The notes: a model not told the origin generated them from the sequence alone. 61,396 nt of DNA, filler included, from Nemertoderma westbladi (GCA_032718475.1; 3 parts of 3 records of this genome joined end to end with filler, not necessarily neighbours in it), one strand, 5' to 3'. Numbered from the whole stretch's first letter, positions 20,160-34,889 are shown. Made by a program: numbers and translations.

Positions 20160-23100
20160 TAGTAAATATAATTACTTGGTGGTCTATTTGATATAACTTA
20201 GTCATACGAAGTTAAGGTTCCAGAATACTACCAGCGCGGCATATAACTTAGTCATACGAAGTTAAGGTTCCAGAATACTACCAGCGAGGCATATAACTGG
20301 TAACAAACGGGGATACAAGTGTAGTAAATATAATTACTTGGTGGGATAAATATTTCTCCATTTGACGCAACACCGCCGCGGCCGCTATGAGGGAGGTGAA
20401 TACCGCGGCCGCTCCTAAAGCCGCAGGCCATCGCTAACTATATAGGTTAACTTGGGATTCTGGGGGACTTTTCGATGAAGGAACTGACCAAATTTTTTTA
20501 TTTTCTCACCAGGGGAGCGGATCGGAATTCTAAGATATTAGCAACTCTAACATTATTAAATCTAACCCTTCGACGGACACGGCGGACAAAAAACCGTCAT
20601 TTTTTCGACAATTTTAAAATTTTTTTGAAAGGCGCTCTACAGTGGCTCGAAAAAACCCTAGGTTATTGCTTAGCCGACGCCGGGATACGATAGAAGGGAT
20701 TAATTAGTGAATTCGTTTTTTTTTTCAAAAAAGATTACCACGCCTTTTTTCCGAAAATGTCCGTCAAAGTTGAAAAAACGGACAAAATGACTTTGCGGGA
20801 TCCGCTATAACTCGGCTAATATTAATCGTACGGGGACGAAAGTAACGCGGTTGGAAAGGGGAAGAGTGGTACTACCTTCGTATCGAATGGGGGTAAGATA
20901 TTTATTAAAATTTCGGGTGGAAAAAGGGGCTGTAAATTTGTACGTTTTTGTCCGTCTTTTTTGGAAAACTTATTTCCGAAATGTTTAATTCGACAACGCG
21001 GGTAGGAATCCACTAATTCTTTTATGAAACTCGTAGAAGACCATTGGGGCTACGTTCCTATCGAATGGGGGTACAAAAAATATGTCGGCAATAGGGGCCA
21101 AAAAGGGCCAGAATTTGTAAAGTAGTTTTTATCGAATAATTTTTTATTTTTAACTTTAGTTGGTTAAGGTACATTCTATACAGTCAATATCCATACGGGG
21201 AATTCAAATATGCTATCGGTTTTTCTCCAAGGATGATATTAAAAAAATGAGGGCTAAAATTATAATTTCGCGCTTCAAACTTGCTTCGCGGGAAATCGTC
21301 TAGCTCGAAAACTACTTAACTTACGGGAGATTTGTTTACACAGACTTATAGTGCGTTAAATTATCTATCTAACAGCGTTAATCACAGCGCCGGAGGTATT
21401 ACAGTATAAAACTGGAGCGGCAGGCGATCGTGTGAAATATAATATTTATAAAAAGGGACGAAAAATTTTTTTTTTTAACAAATCGCTATTCCATTATAAT
21501 TTAGCGTATTGCGCCAAAAGTACCTGTAAAAAGTATCAAATTAACTCCGCTATCTTTTATCTTAACATATATAATTAAAATTACGAATTTTAAGGGTCGA
21601 AAAATATCGCGTTATTTTGGCCCTTTTTTTTAATTTTTTTGGGGCCAAAAATAACCCCTTCTCAAAAGATTAAGAAAAAAATTACGGCAAAGAATATACC
21701 AATTTTATTGAATTTGGACCACCAGAACCGAAGTTAGAGCGATTTTAGTGAAAAAATAAAAATAATTTTTTTTGCAAAAAAATTAAGAATGGTCAGGTCA
21801 ATATTGGATTTCGTACCCACGAACTTAGGTTTCATTAACGTGATTGATAACCACTAGACTATGTGACCAAGAGAATTTGAAATTTTCGAGTGACTATTTT
21901 TAAACATAAATAACTTCGGTTCTACAGGGCCGTTTAATCTGAAACTTTTTTCATTGGATAGAGGATAGATTGTAGAGTGTGAAATAGGATACAACTTGGG
22001 AAAACGCATGTGCACTTAGTGCATAATGCACTTAAATAGTGAACATTTTTTCGATATTTCAAACACTATTATTTCCAGTTCTATTCATCGTAGAATGTTA
22101 TTTTTTGGATTAAAATGTAGTTTGGAATGATTTCTAACTATAATCGTAACATTTGTTTAACTTTTTATGTCTATAAAGTGACTTAAAATGTCCATGAATA
22201 TGGTCCAAAATCGCAAATCCTGATTTATTAAATTGGATTTTTGACACTTTTAGCGACTGACACTTGATCATACACCATCGTAGATCGGTAGAGGATAAAC
22301 ATAAGTTTGTTAAATAAGAGCCACCATTACGATCTGCTAAAGTGCATTTGTACAAATAAGTGTGCAAAAGTGCAAATTTTTTAATAAGGTCAAATTATAT
22401 AGTATTGGGTTATTTTCTTTGCAGATACTTTATTTTCATATTAATATGTTGTTTGAACCTTACTGAGCGCATTAGGGGATATGCGTACAAATAACCGGCC
22501 CTTATGAGGCTTCGATTGGGTAAATTAATAAAACATAAGGTTGTATAGTATAATATTCTAAAAACCAGTGTGATATTAAATGCACTTTAAATAATAAATA
22601 GAAATCAAATAACAATTGGACCACACAATTAAAAACTCGCACAATTTTGTACTTATTATATCGCTTCAAATTAATTCAACAGTGGATATTTGGGGGAAGG
22701 GGGAAGTTACAGTGTGCATTCGGGGGAAGTTTGGTGAACTGCATTTATGCAGTGAATCCAAACTTCCCCCTTTTAGATATCATATACTTAAGACATGCTA
22801 GGGTGACGGGGAAATATTTGTTACTGTCACACTTTGCTTCCATTTATCCTATCCTTTATTATTACCCCAGTCAGATAAGAGATAATAAATCAGTAAAAAC
22901 TAAACTAAACTGTCTTTCATGCAAACAAATTTCTAACTAAAGACGGGTGAATGACCATGACCATGGAAATAATTTTAAATATAATTGTATATCAACTATT
23001 TGGGGAGGCTTCCAAGTTCAACCCGAAAACAATTATTTTGTTACATAGTAAATAACGTTGTATGTTCTTCTTCCTCTCATAATAAAATATAAATGAAATA

Positions 23101-23570
23101 TCTCAGATCGCTATGCCCTGTAACATTTCACAACCAAAATATTTAAGTGTGAAAAGTGTAGGCCTACCACACTCCGCCCAAACAACCGCAAACGCATAGC
23201 CAACAAATTTAACAAAAGGTTACATACATGTTGGGTTCATGACGAGATGAGTGAAAATTGATCGCGTAATATAAAGTAAAAAATTAAGAGACGGGCTGGC
23301 TCTCCTCCACTTTCTTACCCAATGGATATGTTGTTGTAATAATCTAATATTGGGGCGGCTTTCTCTCGGTGGTCTATTTGATATATCTTAGTAATACGAA
23401 GTTAAGGTTCCAGAATACTCCAGTGGGGCATAACTGGTAACAAACGGGGATACAATGGTAGTAAATATAATTACTTGGTGGTCTATTTGATATAACTTAG
23501 TCATACGAAGTTAAGGTTCCAGAATACTACCAGTGGGGCATATAACTGGTAACAAACGGGGATACAATGG
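20160..23570. repeat. Direct repeats (GGTGGTCTATTTGATATAACTTAGTCATACGAAGTTAAGGTTCCAGAATACTACCAG) at about 20160-20345 and 23368-23570, separated by inserted non-coding DNA
   Basis: Same roughly 110-bp module repeated on both sides of a 3-kb segment that looks like non-autonomous transposon DNA. Confidence 0.7.
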
Positions 23571-25498
23571 TTATTATATTATATTATAATATTATTATAA
23601 TTTATTATTATATTATTATATATATTTACTATTGTCTTTTACCACAGGAGCATATGGAAATCTAGCTCATAGTCTATAAATCATGGAATTTTGAATGTTT
23701 TGGCACAGACATAGTGAAACCAACTGTCCGACAGACCAGAAATCAACAAATTTTGAATGTTTTGGCATAGGCATGTTGAAATCAACTGTCTGACAGTCCA
23801 GAAATCATCAGCCTTCAGTCATTTGAAGAAATACATACATAAAAAGTCATTAAAAGGACAATAAAAGTCATAAAAGGGACAACAAAAGTCATTATGCACA
23901 ATTCGTTAAAAAAGGACGACAAAAAGTCAAATAAAAGGACATAAAAAATCACTGCCATAGCAATGATAACCTAGGCCTATTGGCGTAGACAGGTTTTGTT
24001 AGATACAGCAGCTAGGCCTACTACAGTACTATGAATGGCTCTGCCTCACGCCCTGCTGTCCTACTGCAGTAGCCTACTAACTAAATGGCCTGCACACTTC
24101 AGCACTTGCAGGAATTATATCATTGGCGAATGAGTAGCGGTACATATTTGAATTCCCCTCCATGCCCCAACGACCCACCCCCCCCCCCCCCCCCCCCCAA
24201 TATGTAAAATAAGCAACAACAAAAACGTGTTTTCATAATATAATTAATTTTGAAAGTTCATCCAAAAACGTGTTTTCATAATATAATTAATTTTGTAAGT
24301 TCATCCAAAAACATGTTTTCATAATATAATTAATTTTTCAACATCACCAAAAACGTGTTTTCATAATATAATTAATTTTACAACATCACCAAAAACGTGT
24401 TTCCATAATAATGAATTTTGGCCGAATTCAGCCAAAACAGCAATTCAGCATGGATTAATGATTTATCACATCCATGTAGGAGATAACTTCCACTAAACTT
24501 TAATTAGTTTTAAATGTATAATTAATACTGTGTACCTGTTAATAAATTGCACTTATATTCGAAATAGTACATGATTAAAATGTTTAAATGACCATCCATG
24601 AAATCCTTAATCGCTTTCAAGTAGAAATGTATGTCCTGCAGCATGAGGCGGAGGGCCCCGGTAGTGTTTCTGGTCAAAGGATCGAAACTGTCAAGGGTCG
24701 AATGATGTCGAAATGTCCCCCTTATATATGATTTTATTATTACTCCTTTCTCACAATTAGTAACAGCATCGTTTATTGTTTCGGTTAGAGAGATATTAGC
24801 TTTTGACGCGTGGGCGGCCCTGTGATAAGGTGCATTTAATTTTTCGATCCTTTAACTCACATTCCTTTTGACCCGTTCGACTCTTTGTCATGAAATTGGT
24901 AACCGGAAGTCAACAAAGAACAATAACTATTACATGTAAAACAATTGTACTGAAAAAATAATGTCGCACTCCGATATAAAGTTGGAAATATGTCGCCCCA
25001 CGATTTAGTAGTACAAAATTTTTTCCACACAAATAAATAAATTATAAATAGGTATTTCGGTTTCTTGTTGAATATAGTGTCTGATTTGTTTTTGACATTT
25101 TAGGTGAGAGATCGCGCAGCAATATTATATTAAAAATTAATTTGTCAATAACGTATTAAAATATTATTTATCATACTATTAAAGTTCCAATTTAGACTTT
25201 GGATCAATATTCTGTTAACGACACTGTAGTTGCTTAGAAATGGTATCACGGGGTAACTTTCTGCAACACTCCCCTCTAAAGATGCTGTAGTACCCATTTC
25301 TATTGTTATGACATTCTTATATTATTTCTTTATTTCTTCTTTTCCAGTTGTTACTATCAATTTTTTGTCTGAGTTGCAAACAATACGTCTTCAACTTTCC
25401 ACTATGAACAACAGTTGATACCAAACCTACAGTTTGTAAAAAATAATAAACTAAGAAATTATAGAAGCGGATACAATTTATGTTGATTTTTTTCTAAT

Positions 25499-26540
25499 TT
25501 ACTCAGTTTGATAGCTATGAAATGTACTTGACCTTGGATTTAGTCGTTGGATGTTAATAAAAATGCTTGCTCTTGGATTTACTATCCGATGACTGAAAGC
25601 ATGTTTTAACAAATCCCAGAGACAGACACTGGAATGGAATCGAAAGAATATCGCCATCGGTGCAACTGTGTGGAGCATCATGTGCCAAGTTTTTATTCCG
25701 TAAAAATTCTTCTGCACCGGGTTGGCATCCACTTTTGTTTCAAAAATGCTGCTACACCACATTGCCATATTGGAAAGTAGAGCGAACACCATAAAACCTT
25801 TACTCCAAGTCTCGCCATTCGGCATTGGTCGTCGTTGTAATCCATCAAGTACAACACCTGCTTGAACTGTGATCTCTATGAAGTGAAATGTGTATATGGA
25901 GCCGGCCATTGCTTTTTCGTAAGGACTAGATGTATTATCAAATATTGCGGACACCAAACTGAATGCGTCTATAAAATACATACCAATAAGTGAAATTAAT
26001 AGAAGCTCATAATCTACACATGTAAGATCTTTCTGCTCATATTGATGTTTCAGTTTAAGAATGGCCCCAATGATCATCATAGTCAGTGTCATCACTATCA
26101 TCATGGCTATATTATAAGTCGCATACCACATCATGTATTTATTTGTTTCGTAGCTGCTGCCTTTGGATGAATTTCGGTCTAATAAAACTAAAAGGGAGAT
26201 CCGTGTCACTAGTGTAATAGTGCCGAGAACTAGACCAGTAGCCATTGCACGTGCGCCGCTGCCACTCAGAATAGCTACACGAACATCTTGAATGTTAACT
26301 GTTTCATACGACTCTCGTTCTTGCTGGGCATCAACACGGTTTAAATTTTTACGAGCTGCTTTAATGTTTTTGAACATGGAAATCAATATAATCGCGCCTA
26401 TCAAACAATACTCAACGCGACATGGCAACAGAAAATGCCTGATATTATAGGAGAATTCACGAAGATTTTGGGTTGAGTTTAGATATTTGCATTTGTAGTG
26501 GCGATGGTTTATGTGATCGTCAGTGGCAACTGTTGAGGTG
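25499..26540 (-). CDS. OTOP: Otopetrin-family proton channel, terminal exon
   Basis: FLLPCRVEYCLI, GLVLG, FALLSNMAMW, FYG..TW...APMAIFFRFHSSVCL otopetrin signatures; multiple TM helices; CAG acceptor at 26541-26543 with an open frame from there to the stop at 25499. Confidence 0.92.
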
Positions 26541-27284
26541 CTGTTTGAGGGTCAAACCATTTAAAAAATCAAAATGTAACTTTAGTCGAAACTAAAAATA
26601 ATTAATTCATTAAAAAAAACTATATTTTAAATCTATTTTCAGATGTTACGAAATTTGTAATTATGATAGTTTAACATTATTTCTTACTATTGGCCTTGCA
26701 TGGCCCGATTTTCCCATTTTCGACTTAATTCAACATTCACTTTCCTTGCTTATCATGATTTCTGCTTTTTCTGGGGGAGTAAAGAAAGAGTTTGGTAGTT
26801 CAAACTAGGGAGTTAGTGTGGCGCACTCTCTGCCTTACACGTAACAGCAACATAGATTCGAGTTGCCTCCGGTGGTTCTTGTTTCACACGTTCACCGATC
26901 ACTTTACTTTTTTTATACTATATACTACTTAGTCTGACCACTATTCGTTGTTAAAAATTAATTACATTCGTTCCAATAACCCACCGTTCCTAGTCATGTT
27001 CATGTTATATCTATTTATCCTGATTGTACGACCTTTCCTTATTCATGTCGTTACCTTGGGTGCAATCATTTCTTTCACTCTTTGATTGAGTTCAGTGACC
27101 TCCAGGATGGGACCTATATGTAGTCTTGCCTCTTATTCGGTGACACATCGTGGAGATCATGTTCCAATGTCCAGCTGGTGGTCTCCATTACAGGCACTTT
27201 CCTCCTACGTGGAACTTAAACTGGGTCAAGAATGCCCATGGCTGCCTTTCTGCGTCATGTAAAATTGACTAACTAGCATTGGGA

Positions 27285-28899
27285 AGAGATGCGTTGCAAA
27301 CTCCACCTCCCCACTAGTTTAAGGGATGCACTGCAAACTCCACCTCCCCACTAGTTTAAGGGATACACTACAAACTCCACCTTACCACTAGTTAAGGGAT
27401 GCGATGCAAACTCCACCTTACCACTAGTTAAGGGATGCGAGGCAAACTCCACCATACCACCAGTTTAAGAGATATGCACTACAAACTCCACCTCCCCACT
27501 AGTTTAAGAGATACACTGCAAACTCCACCTTCCCACTAGTTTAAGAGATGCACTGCAAACTCCACAATACCACTAGTTTAAGGGATGCGATGCAAACTCC
27601 ACCTTACCACTAGTTTAACAGATGCACTGCAAACTCCACAATACCACTAGTTTAAGAGATGCACTGCAAACTCCACCATACCACTAGTTTAGGGATGGAA
27701 TGCAAACTCCACCACACCACTAGTTTAAGGGATGCGATGCAAACTCCACCACACCACTAGTTTAAGGGATGCACTGCAAACTCCACCACACCACTAGTTT
27801 AAGGGATGCACTGTAAACTCCACCATACCACTAGTTTAAGGGATGCGATGCAAACTCCACCATACCACTAGTTTAAGGGATGCGATGCAAACTCCACCAT
27901 ATCACTAGTTTAGGGATGCGATGCAAACTCAGCCATACCACTAGTGTAAGGGATGCGATGTAAACTCTACCTCCCCACTAGTTTAAGAGATGCACTGCAA
28001 ACTCCACCATACCACTAGTTTAAGGGATGCGATGCAAACTCCACCATACCACTTGTTTAAGGGATGCGATGCAAACTCCACCATACCACTAGTTTAAGGG
28101 ATGCACTGTAAACTCCACCATACCACTAGTTTAAGGGATGCGATGCAAACTCCACCATACCACTAGTGTAAGGGATGCGATGTAAACTCTACCTCCCCAC
28201 TAGTTTAAGAGATGCACTGCAAACTCCACCATACCACTAGTTTAAGAGATGCACTGCAAACTCCACCATACCACTAGTTGAGGGATGTACTGCAAATTCA
28301 AGAGATGCACTGCAAACTCCACCATACCACTAGTTTAAGAGATGTACTGCAAACTCCACCATAACACAATTTTAGGGATGCGATGCAAACTCCACCTTCC
28401 CACTAGTTTAAGAGATGCACTGCAAACTCCACCATACCACTAGTTTAAGAGATGCACTGCAAACTCCACCATACCACAATTTTAGGGATGCGATGCAAAC
28501 TCCACCTTCCCACTAGTTTAAGAGATGCACTGCAAACTCCACCATACCACTAGTTTAAGAGATGCACTGCAAACTCCACCATACCACTAGTTGAGGGATG
28601 TACTGCAAATTCAAGAGATGCACTGCAAACTCCACCATACCACTAGTTTAAGAGATGTACTGCAAACTCCACCATACCACTAGTTTAAGAGATGTACTGC
28701 AAACTCCACCATAACACAATTTTAGGGATGCGATGCAAACTCCACCTTCCCACTAGTTTAAGAGATGCACTGCAAACTCCACCATACCACTAGTTTAAGA
28801 GATGCACTGCAAACTCCACCATACCACTAGTTGAGGGATGTACTGCAAATTCAAGAGATGCACTGCAAACTCCACCATACCACTAGTTTAAGAGATGTA
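27285..28899. repeat. 37-bp minisatellite (GCAAACTCCACCATACCACTAGTTTAAGAGATGCACT) running into the gap
   Basis: Tandem units with higher-order variant blocks. Confidence 0.96.
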
Positions 28900-28999
28900 N
28901 NNNNNNNNNNNNNNNNNNNNNNNNNNNNNNNNNNNNNNNNNNNTTAATTAATTAANNNNNNNNNNNNNNNNNNNNNNNNNNNNNNNNNNNNNNNNNNNN
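28900..28999. other. Assembly gap with TTAATTAATTAA six-frame-stop linker
   Basis: N-run, 12-mer, N-run; identical structure at 48305-48404. Confidence 0.97.
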
Positions 29000-29046
29000 A
29001 CTTATTGTTGCTAAAAATGGAGTCCATGGTCCTCTCTATAGAGCCA

Positions 29047-32000
29047 TCAGTACACTGTACCGTGGTAGTCGTTGATAAGGATGTAGTAGCGGTCGATGCG
29101 GTGGAAGCTATCATAGCTTGAGGCAATGTTGTTATCCGCATCTAAGGCAATTTCGCCACCAGATATAACGTTTGAGAGGGCGTTGCTCACACTGTACTGT
29201 GCCGTTCCAATAGCGTCGATGTAACGGGATGTCGTGGCCAAACTAGAATGGCCAAGTTGTTTCTGGGCATATGTCGCTGGTAGATGTTGGTCAACAATAG
29301 CTTGAGCAGTTGTCTTCCTATATGACATCGGGGTGATCTTGCGACCATCCGTGTTGATTCCAGAGCGTTTTACAACATCTTTCATTATCTGACCGAAGGT
29401 ATTCTTCCCAACGGGCTGGTTGCAAAACCATGATGCGCCATCCTTAGGTAGATTGGGTTTCGGGCGAACCCAATAGGGGTCTTCATCTATTATTTTCCCG
29501 TTGGGGTACCGTTTCTCCATGTATTTTTCGTGCAAGAACACGGGACATACATTGCGGTCTGTAGGTACCTCGTACGCCTTTGGGATAACCACTCTACCTG
29601 GCGTGGAACCCTTTCTGGTTTTAGTATTTCGCTCTTTGAGTTGTAGGAAGTGAAGACCCTTCTTTTGGTCAAAGTACTTCTTCACATCACCAACCATCAT
29701 GTTTCTCATTTCTAACCCAGGGCGGCAACCAAATTATGTTGTTAAAACAACGTACAATGTGTTTCGCAACCCCTGTGGGGTAGAATGTCCTAGCTGCCCA
29801 CTTGACTTCATGATGGAAAAATCATGGGAATCCATTGGGTCGCTGGAGTTTGGGTTATTACCCTTGCCATCGGCCTTGAGCTGCGACAGCCTGGCACGAA
29901 ACACCGCCTCTGTGTCTTTAAATTCTTTTAGCTCGAGGACATTCCCAATACATAGTTCCTTGTAATGACGCAATAGGCCATAGAAGTAACTCCTAAGGGT
30001 CGAGGTTTCCAGTTTTTCTCCTGATTTTTTTTTGTATCTCTTAATGAAATTATTTGTGTGGTATGCTAGTTCCTCCATACTCATACATGTTATTTGTGTG
30101 GTATGCTAGTTCCTCCTTACTCATACACATACATGTTATTTGTGTGGTATGCTAGTTCCTCCTTACTCATACATGTTATTTGTGTGGTATGCTAGTTCCT
30201 CCTTACTCATACATGTTATTTGTGTGGTATGCTAGTTCCTCCATACTCATACATGTTATTTGTGTGGTATGCTAGTTCCTCCTTACTCATACATGTTATT
30301 TGTGTGGTATGCTAGTTCCTCCATACTCATACATGTTATTTGTGTGGTATGCTAGTTCCTCCTTACTCATACATGTTATTTGTGTGGTATGCTAGTTCCT
30401 CCTTACTCATACATGTTATTTGTGTGGTATGCTAGTTCCTCCATACTCATACATGTTATTTGTGTGGTATGCTAGTTCCTCCTTACTCATACATGATATT
30501 TGTGTGGTATGCTAGTTCCTCCTTACTCATACATGTTATTTGTGTGGTATGCTAGTTCTTCCTTACTCATACATGTTATTTGTGTGGTATGCTAGTTCCT
30601 CCTTACTCATACATGTTATTTGTGTGGTATGCTAGTTCCTCCATACTCATACATGTTATTTGTGTGGTATGCTAGTTCCTCCTTACTCATACATGTTATT
30701 TGTGTGGTATGCTAGTTCCTCCATACTCATACATGTTATTTGTGTGATATGCTAGTTCCTCCATACTCATACATGTTATTTGTGTGGTATGCTAGTTCCT
30801 CCATACTCATACATGTTATTTGTGTGGTATGCTAGTTCCTCCTTACTCATACATGTTATTTGTGTGGTATGCTAGTTCCTCCTTACTCATACATGTTATT
30901 TGTGTGGTATGCTAGTTCCTCCATACTCATACATGTTATTTGTGTGGTATGCTAGTTCCTCCATACTCATACATGTTATTTGTGTGGTATGCTAGTTCCT
31001 CCATACTCATACATGTTATTTGTGTGGTATGCTAGTTCCTCCATACTCATACATGTTATTTGTGTGGTATGCTAGTTCCTCCATACTCATACATGTTATT
31101 TGTGTGGTATGCTAGTTCCTCCTTACTCATACATGTTATTTGTGTGGTATGCTAGTTCCTCCTTACTCATACATGTTATTTGTGTGGTATGCTAGTTCCT
31201 CCATACTCATACATGTTATTTGTGTGGTATGCTAGTTCCTCCTTACTCATACATGTTATTTGTGTGGTATGCTAGTTCCTCCATACTCATACATGTTATT
31301 TGTGTGGTATGCTAGTTCCTCCTTACTCATACATGATATTTGTGTGGTATGCTAGTTCCTCCTTACTCATACATGTTATTTGTGTGGTATGCTAGTTCCT
31401 CCTTACTCATACATGTTATTTGTGTGGTATGCTAGTTCCTCCATACTCATACATGTTATTTGTGTGGTATGCTAGTTCCTCCATACTCATACATGTTATT
31501 TGTGTGGTATGCTAGTTCCTCCATACTCATACATGTTATTTGTGTGGTATGCTAGTTCCTCCTTACTCATACATGTTATTTGTGTGGTATGCTAGTTCCT
31601 CCTTACTCATACATGTTATTTGTGTGGTATGCTAGTTCCTCCTTACTCATACACATACATGTTATTTGTGTGGTATGCTAGTTCCTCCATACTCATACAT
31701 GTTATTTGTGTGGTATGCTAGTTCCTCCATACTCATACATGTTATTTGTGTGGTATGCTAGTTCCTCCATACTCATACATGTTATTTGTGTGGTATGCTA
31801 GTTCCTCCATACTCATACATGTTATTTGTGTGGTATGCTAGTTCCTCCTTACTCATACATGTTATTTGTGTGGTATGCTAGTTCCTCCTTACTCATACAT
31901 GTTATTTGTGTGGTATGCTAGTTCCTCCTTACTCATACATGTTATTTGTGTGGTATGCTAGTTCCTCCTTACTCATACATGTTATTTGTGTGGTATGCTA

Positions 32001-33708
32001 GTTCCTCCTTACTCATACATGTTATTTGTGTGGTATGCTAGTTCCTCCATACTCATACATGTTATTTGTGTGGTATGCTAGTTCCTCCTTACTCATACAT
32101 GTTATTTGTGTGGTATGCTAGTTCCTCCTTACTCATACATGTTATTTGTGTGGTATGCTAGTTCCTCCTTACTCATACACATACATGTTATTTGTGTGGT
32201 ATGCTAGTTCCTCCTTACTCATACATGTTATTTGTGTGGTATGCTAGTTCCTCCTTACTCATACATGTTATTTGTGTGGTATGCTAGTTCCTCCTTACTC
32301 ATACACATACATGTTATTTGTGTGGTATGCTAGTTCCTCCATACTCATACATGTTATTTGTGTGGTATGCTAGTTCCTCCTTACTCATACATGTTATTTG
32401 TGTGGTATGCTAGTTCCTCCTTACTCATACATGTTATTTGTGTGGTATGCTAGTTCCTCCTTACTCATACACATACATGTTATTTGTGTGGTATGCTAGT
32501 TCCTCCATACTCATACATGTTATTTGTGTGGTATGCTAGTTCCTCCATACTCATACATGTTATTTGTGTGGTATGCTAGTTCCTCCATACTCATACATGT
32601 TATTTGTGTGGTATGCTAGTTCCTCCATACTCATACATGTTATTTGTGTGGTATGCTAGTTCCTCCATACTCATACATGTTATTTGTGTGGTATGCTAGT
32701 TCCTCCATACTCATACATGTTATTTGTGTGGTATGCTAGTTCCTCCATACTCATACATGTTATTTGTGTGGTATGCTAGTTCCTCCATACTCATACATGT
32801 TATTTGTGTGGTATGCTAGTTCCTCCTTACTCATACATGATATTTGTGTGGTATGCTAGTTCCTCCTTACTCATACATGTTATTTGTGTGGTATGCTAGT
32901 TCCTCCATACTCATACATGTTATTTGTGTGGTATGCTAGTTCCTCCATACTCATACATGTTATTTGTGTGGTATGCTAGTTCCTCCATACTCATACATGT
33001 TATTTGTGTGGTATGCTAGTTCCTCCATACTCATACATGTTATTTGTGTGGTATGCTAGTTCCTCCTTACTCATACATGTTATTTGTGTGGTATGCTAGT
33101 TCCTCCTTACTCATACATGTTATTTGTGTGGTATGCTAGTTCCTCCATACTCATACATGTTATTTGTGTGGTATGCTAGTTCCTCCATACTCATACATGT
33201 TATTTGTGTGGTATGCTAGTTCCTCCTTACTCATACATGTTATTTGTGTGGTATGCTAGTTCCTCCATACTCATACATGTTATTTGTGTGGTATGCTAGT
33301 TCCTCCTTACTCATACATGTTATTTGTGTGGTATGCTAGTTCCTCCTTACTCATACATGTTATTTGTGTGGTATGCTAGTTCCTCCATACTCATACATGT
33401 TATTTGTGTGGTATGCTAGTTCCTCCTTACTCATACATGTTATTTGTGTGGTATGCTAGTTCCTCCATACTCATACATGTTATTTCTTTTGTGCATTTGA
33501 TGAGACGCAGGTAATTTTTTAGTGCTGCTACTGCACTCTTTGTTGCCTCGTTTGTGTTGCTATTTTTATTGGTGGTAATATAGTTTATATCTTCTATTTC
33601 TTGAGAGAGCCGCAGAAGGTCTTCATCATTGATGAAATCATCGTCTATAGTTACTAAATCGTCATTCAGTGAAACAAACATCTCATCGAGATTATCTTGT
33701 TCCATCAT
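29047..33708 (-). pseudogene. Crypton-type tyrosine recombinase (DUF3504/ZMYM-QRICH1-like) gene disrupted by a satellite and a nonsense codon
   Basis: KKKSGE...STLRS, GKGNNPN, TPQGL, *FGCRPG (TAA at 29734-29736 in frame), ERNTKTRKG, CPV, WFCNQPVGKN, TPMSYRKT, LGH, SRY. The N-terminus (33708-33480) joins the 30089 side once the array is collapsed. Confidence 0.9.
30050..33485. repeat. 40-bp tandem array, 85 units, derived from Crypton coding sequence
   Basis: Unit TTATTTGTGTGGTATGCTAGTTCCTCCWTACTCATACATG; 3430 bp = 85 x 40 plus five 6-bp insertions. Confidence 0.97.
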
Positions 33709-34889
33709 TGTGAGCGAGGGATATTTTAGCGCGATCTAAGTGCGACGGCTGTGGTACTAGTTAGTTATGGCACGCTTACTAATGTCCTTTAAGTAAAAAT
33801 TTGTATAGTTCACAAAAGTTGGCTAACTTAATAACGATAAATAGATATTAAAGTTCCACCTGTGGCTACATTTATTTATTACAATGCGCTGCCACTAGTT
33901 GTCAGAAATTCGAGCTCTTAGAAATGTTTAAGAAAATAATTAATACGATCATTGTTTTAACATTAGCAGTGAATAATATATAAATTAATTAGTGTAAATA
34001 TTGCCCTCTTATTACTTTCGTACACAGCATGCCGGTACCTAGTATTACCGGTCAGCGCCAAGAACATAGCGTTATACATAAGTTTATTAATATTATTATT
34101 TAATTATGTTCTTGTAGATTTCGTTCTTATGGGTGTATCGTTCCGCCCGTGGCTACATTTTGTTCTTATAATTCCAAAAAAGTTTCTAGAACAAATAATA
34201 TTTATTCCAGAACATTAATTTCATTTAAATATCGCTAACATGTTCAAAACTTTTAAATAATTGCAAAATTAGAAAGCAAGAAAATTCTTCTGGAACAAAA
34301 AATAATTGTTCTAGAACATGTTAATATATGTTCTACAACAAATATTTTTGTCCTAGAATTGGATTGATTATTTTAATCAATGGCTAACAATTTATAGAAT
34401 AATTTAAAAGACAAAATGCAAAAAACTAGCTAGTATGAAAGTACCAGAAGAAATATTAATGTATCCATAGGCGGAACTGCCCCTTTAATTAATCAATGGC
34501 GAAATCTTATTAATTTCGGGATGTATAGCTCACTAGTACCACGCATGTACGTGCAATATTATCGTAGCAGTAGCGGATGTTAACGTGGCTATATCGAATA
34601 AATGCTGATGCGCTAAATGTTTTATTATGTTTAGCGGTAATATTATACTTGCTCACTGTTTGTATTCTAGAATACAGTAATTAAAATTAGTGTTATAGAA
34701 ACCGCATCTATAATTCAATAATATTTTCATGTATTTCTTTGTTGCTGAGTAACAGATTGTGATCAATTGTTATTGGTAGAATTACCGGGAACAACATGTT
34801 ATTTTGCCCGTGGGCAAATTGTGTTGTTTTTTTTTATAAAGACTGAATGTATTTGTTAATTTCCCGTGGGTAAAAGTGTAACAACAGAT

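Larger units (their letters stand above)
17463..24433. mobile_element. Foldback/MULE-like non-autonomous element with long modular inverted repeats and nested inserts
   Basis: GGCTGAATTCGGCCAAAATT... at 17463 and ...AATTTTGGCCGAATTCAGCC ending at 24433, each with about 39-bp tandem subunits (17480-17975, 24220-24420) in opposite orientation. No TSD found. Confidence 0.7.

Noticed and set aside
28944-28955. TTAATTAATTAA palindrome as a biological site
   Set aside because: Artificial linker centred in N-runs and repeated at 48349-48360; adjacency across these gaps should not be trusted.
30050-33485. Array as an in-frame coding expansion (added length 3390 is a multiple of 3)
   Set aside because: The 40-bp unit rotates frames and contains stops (TAA/TGA/TAG), so no read-through.
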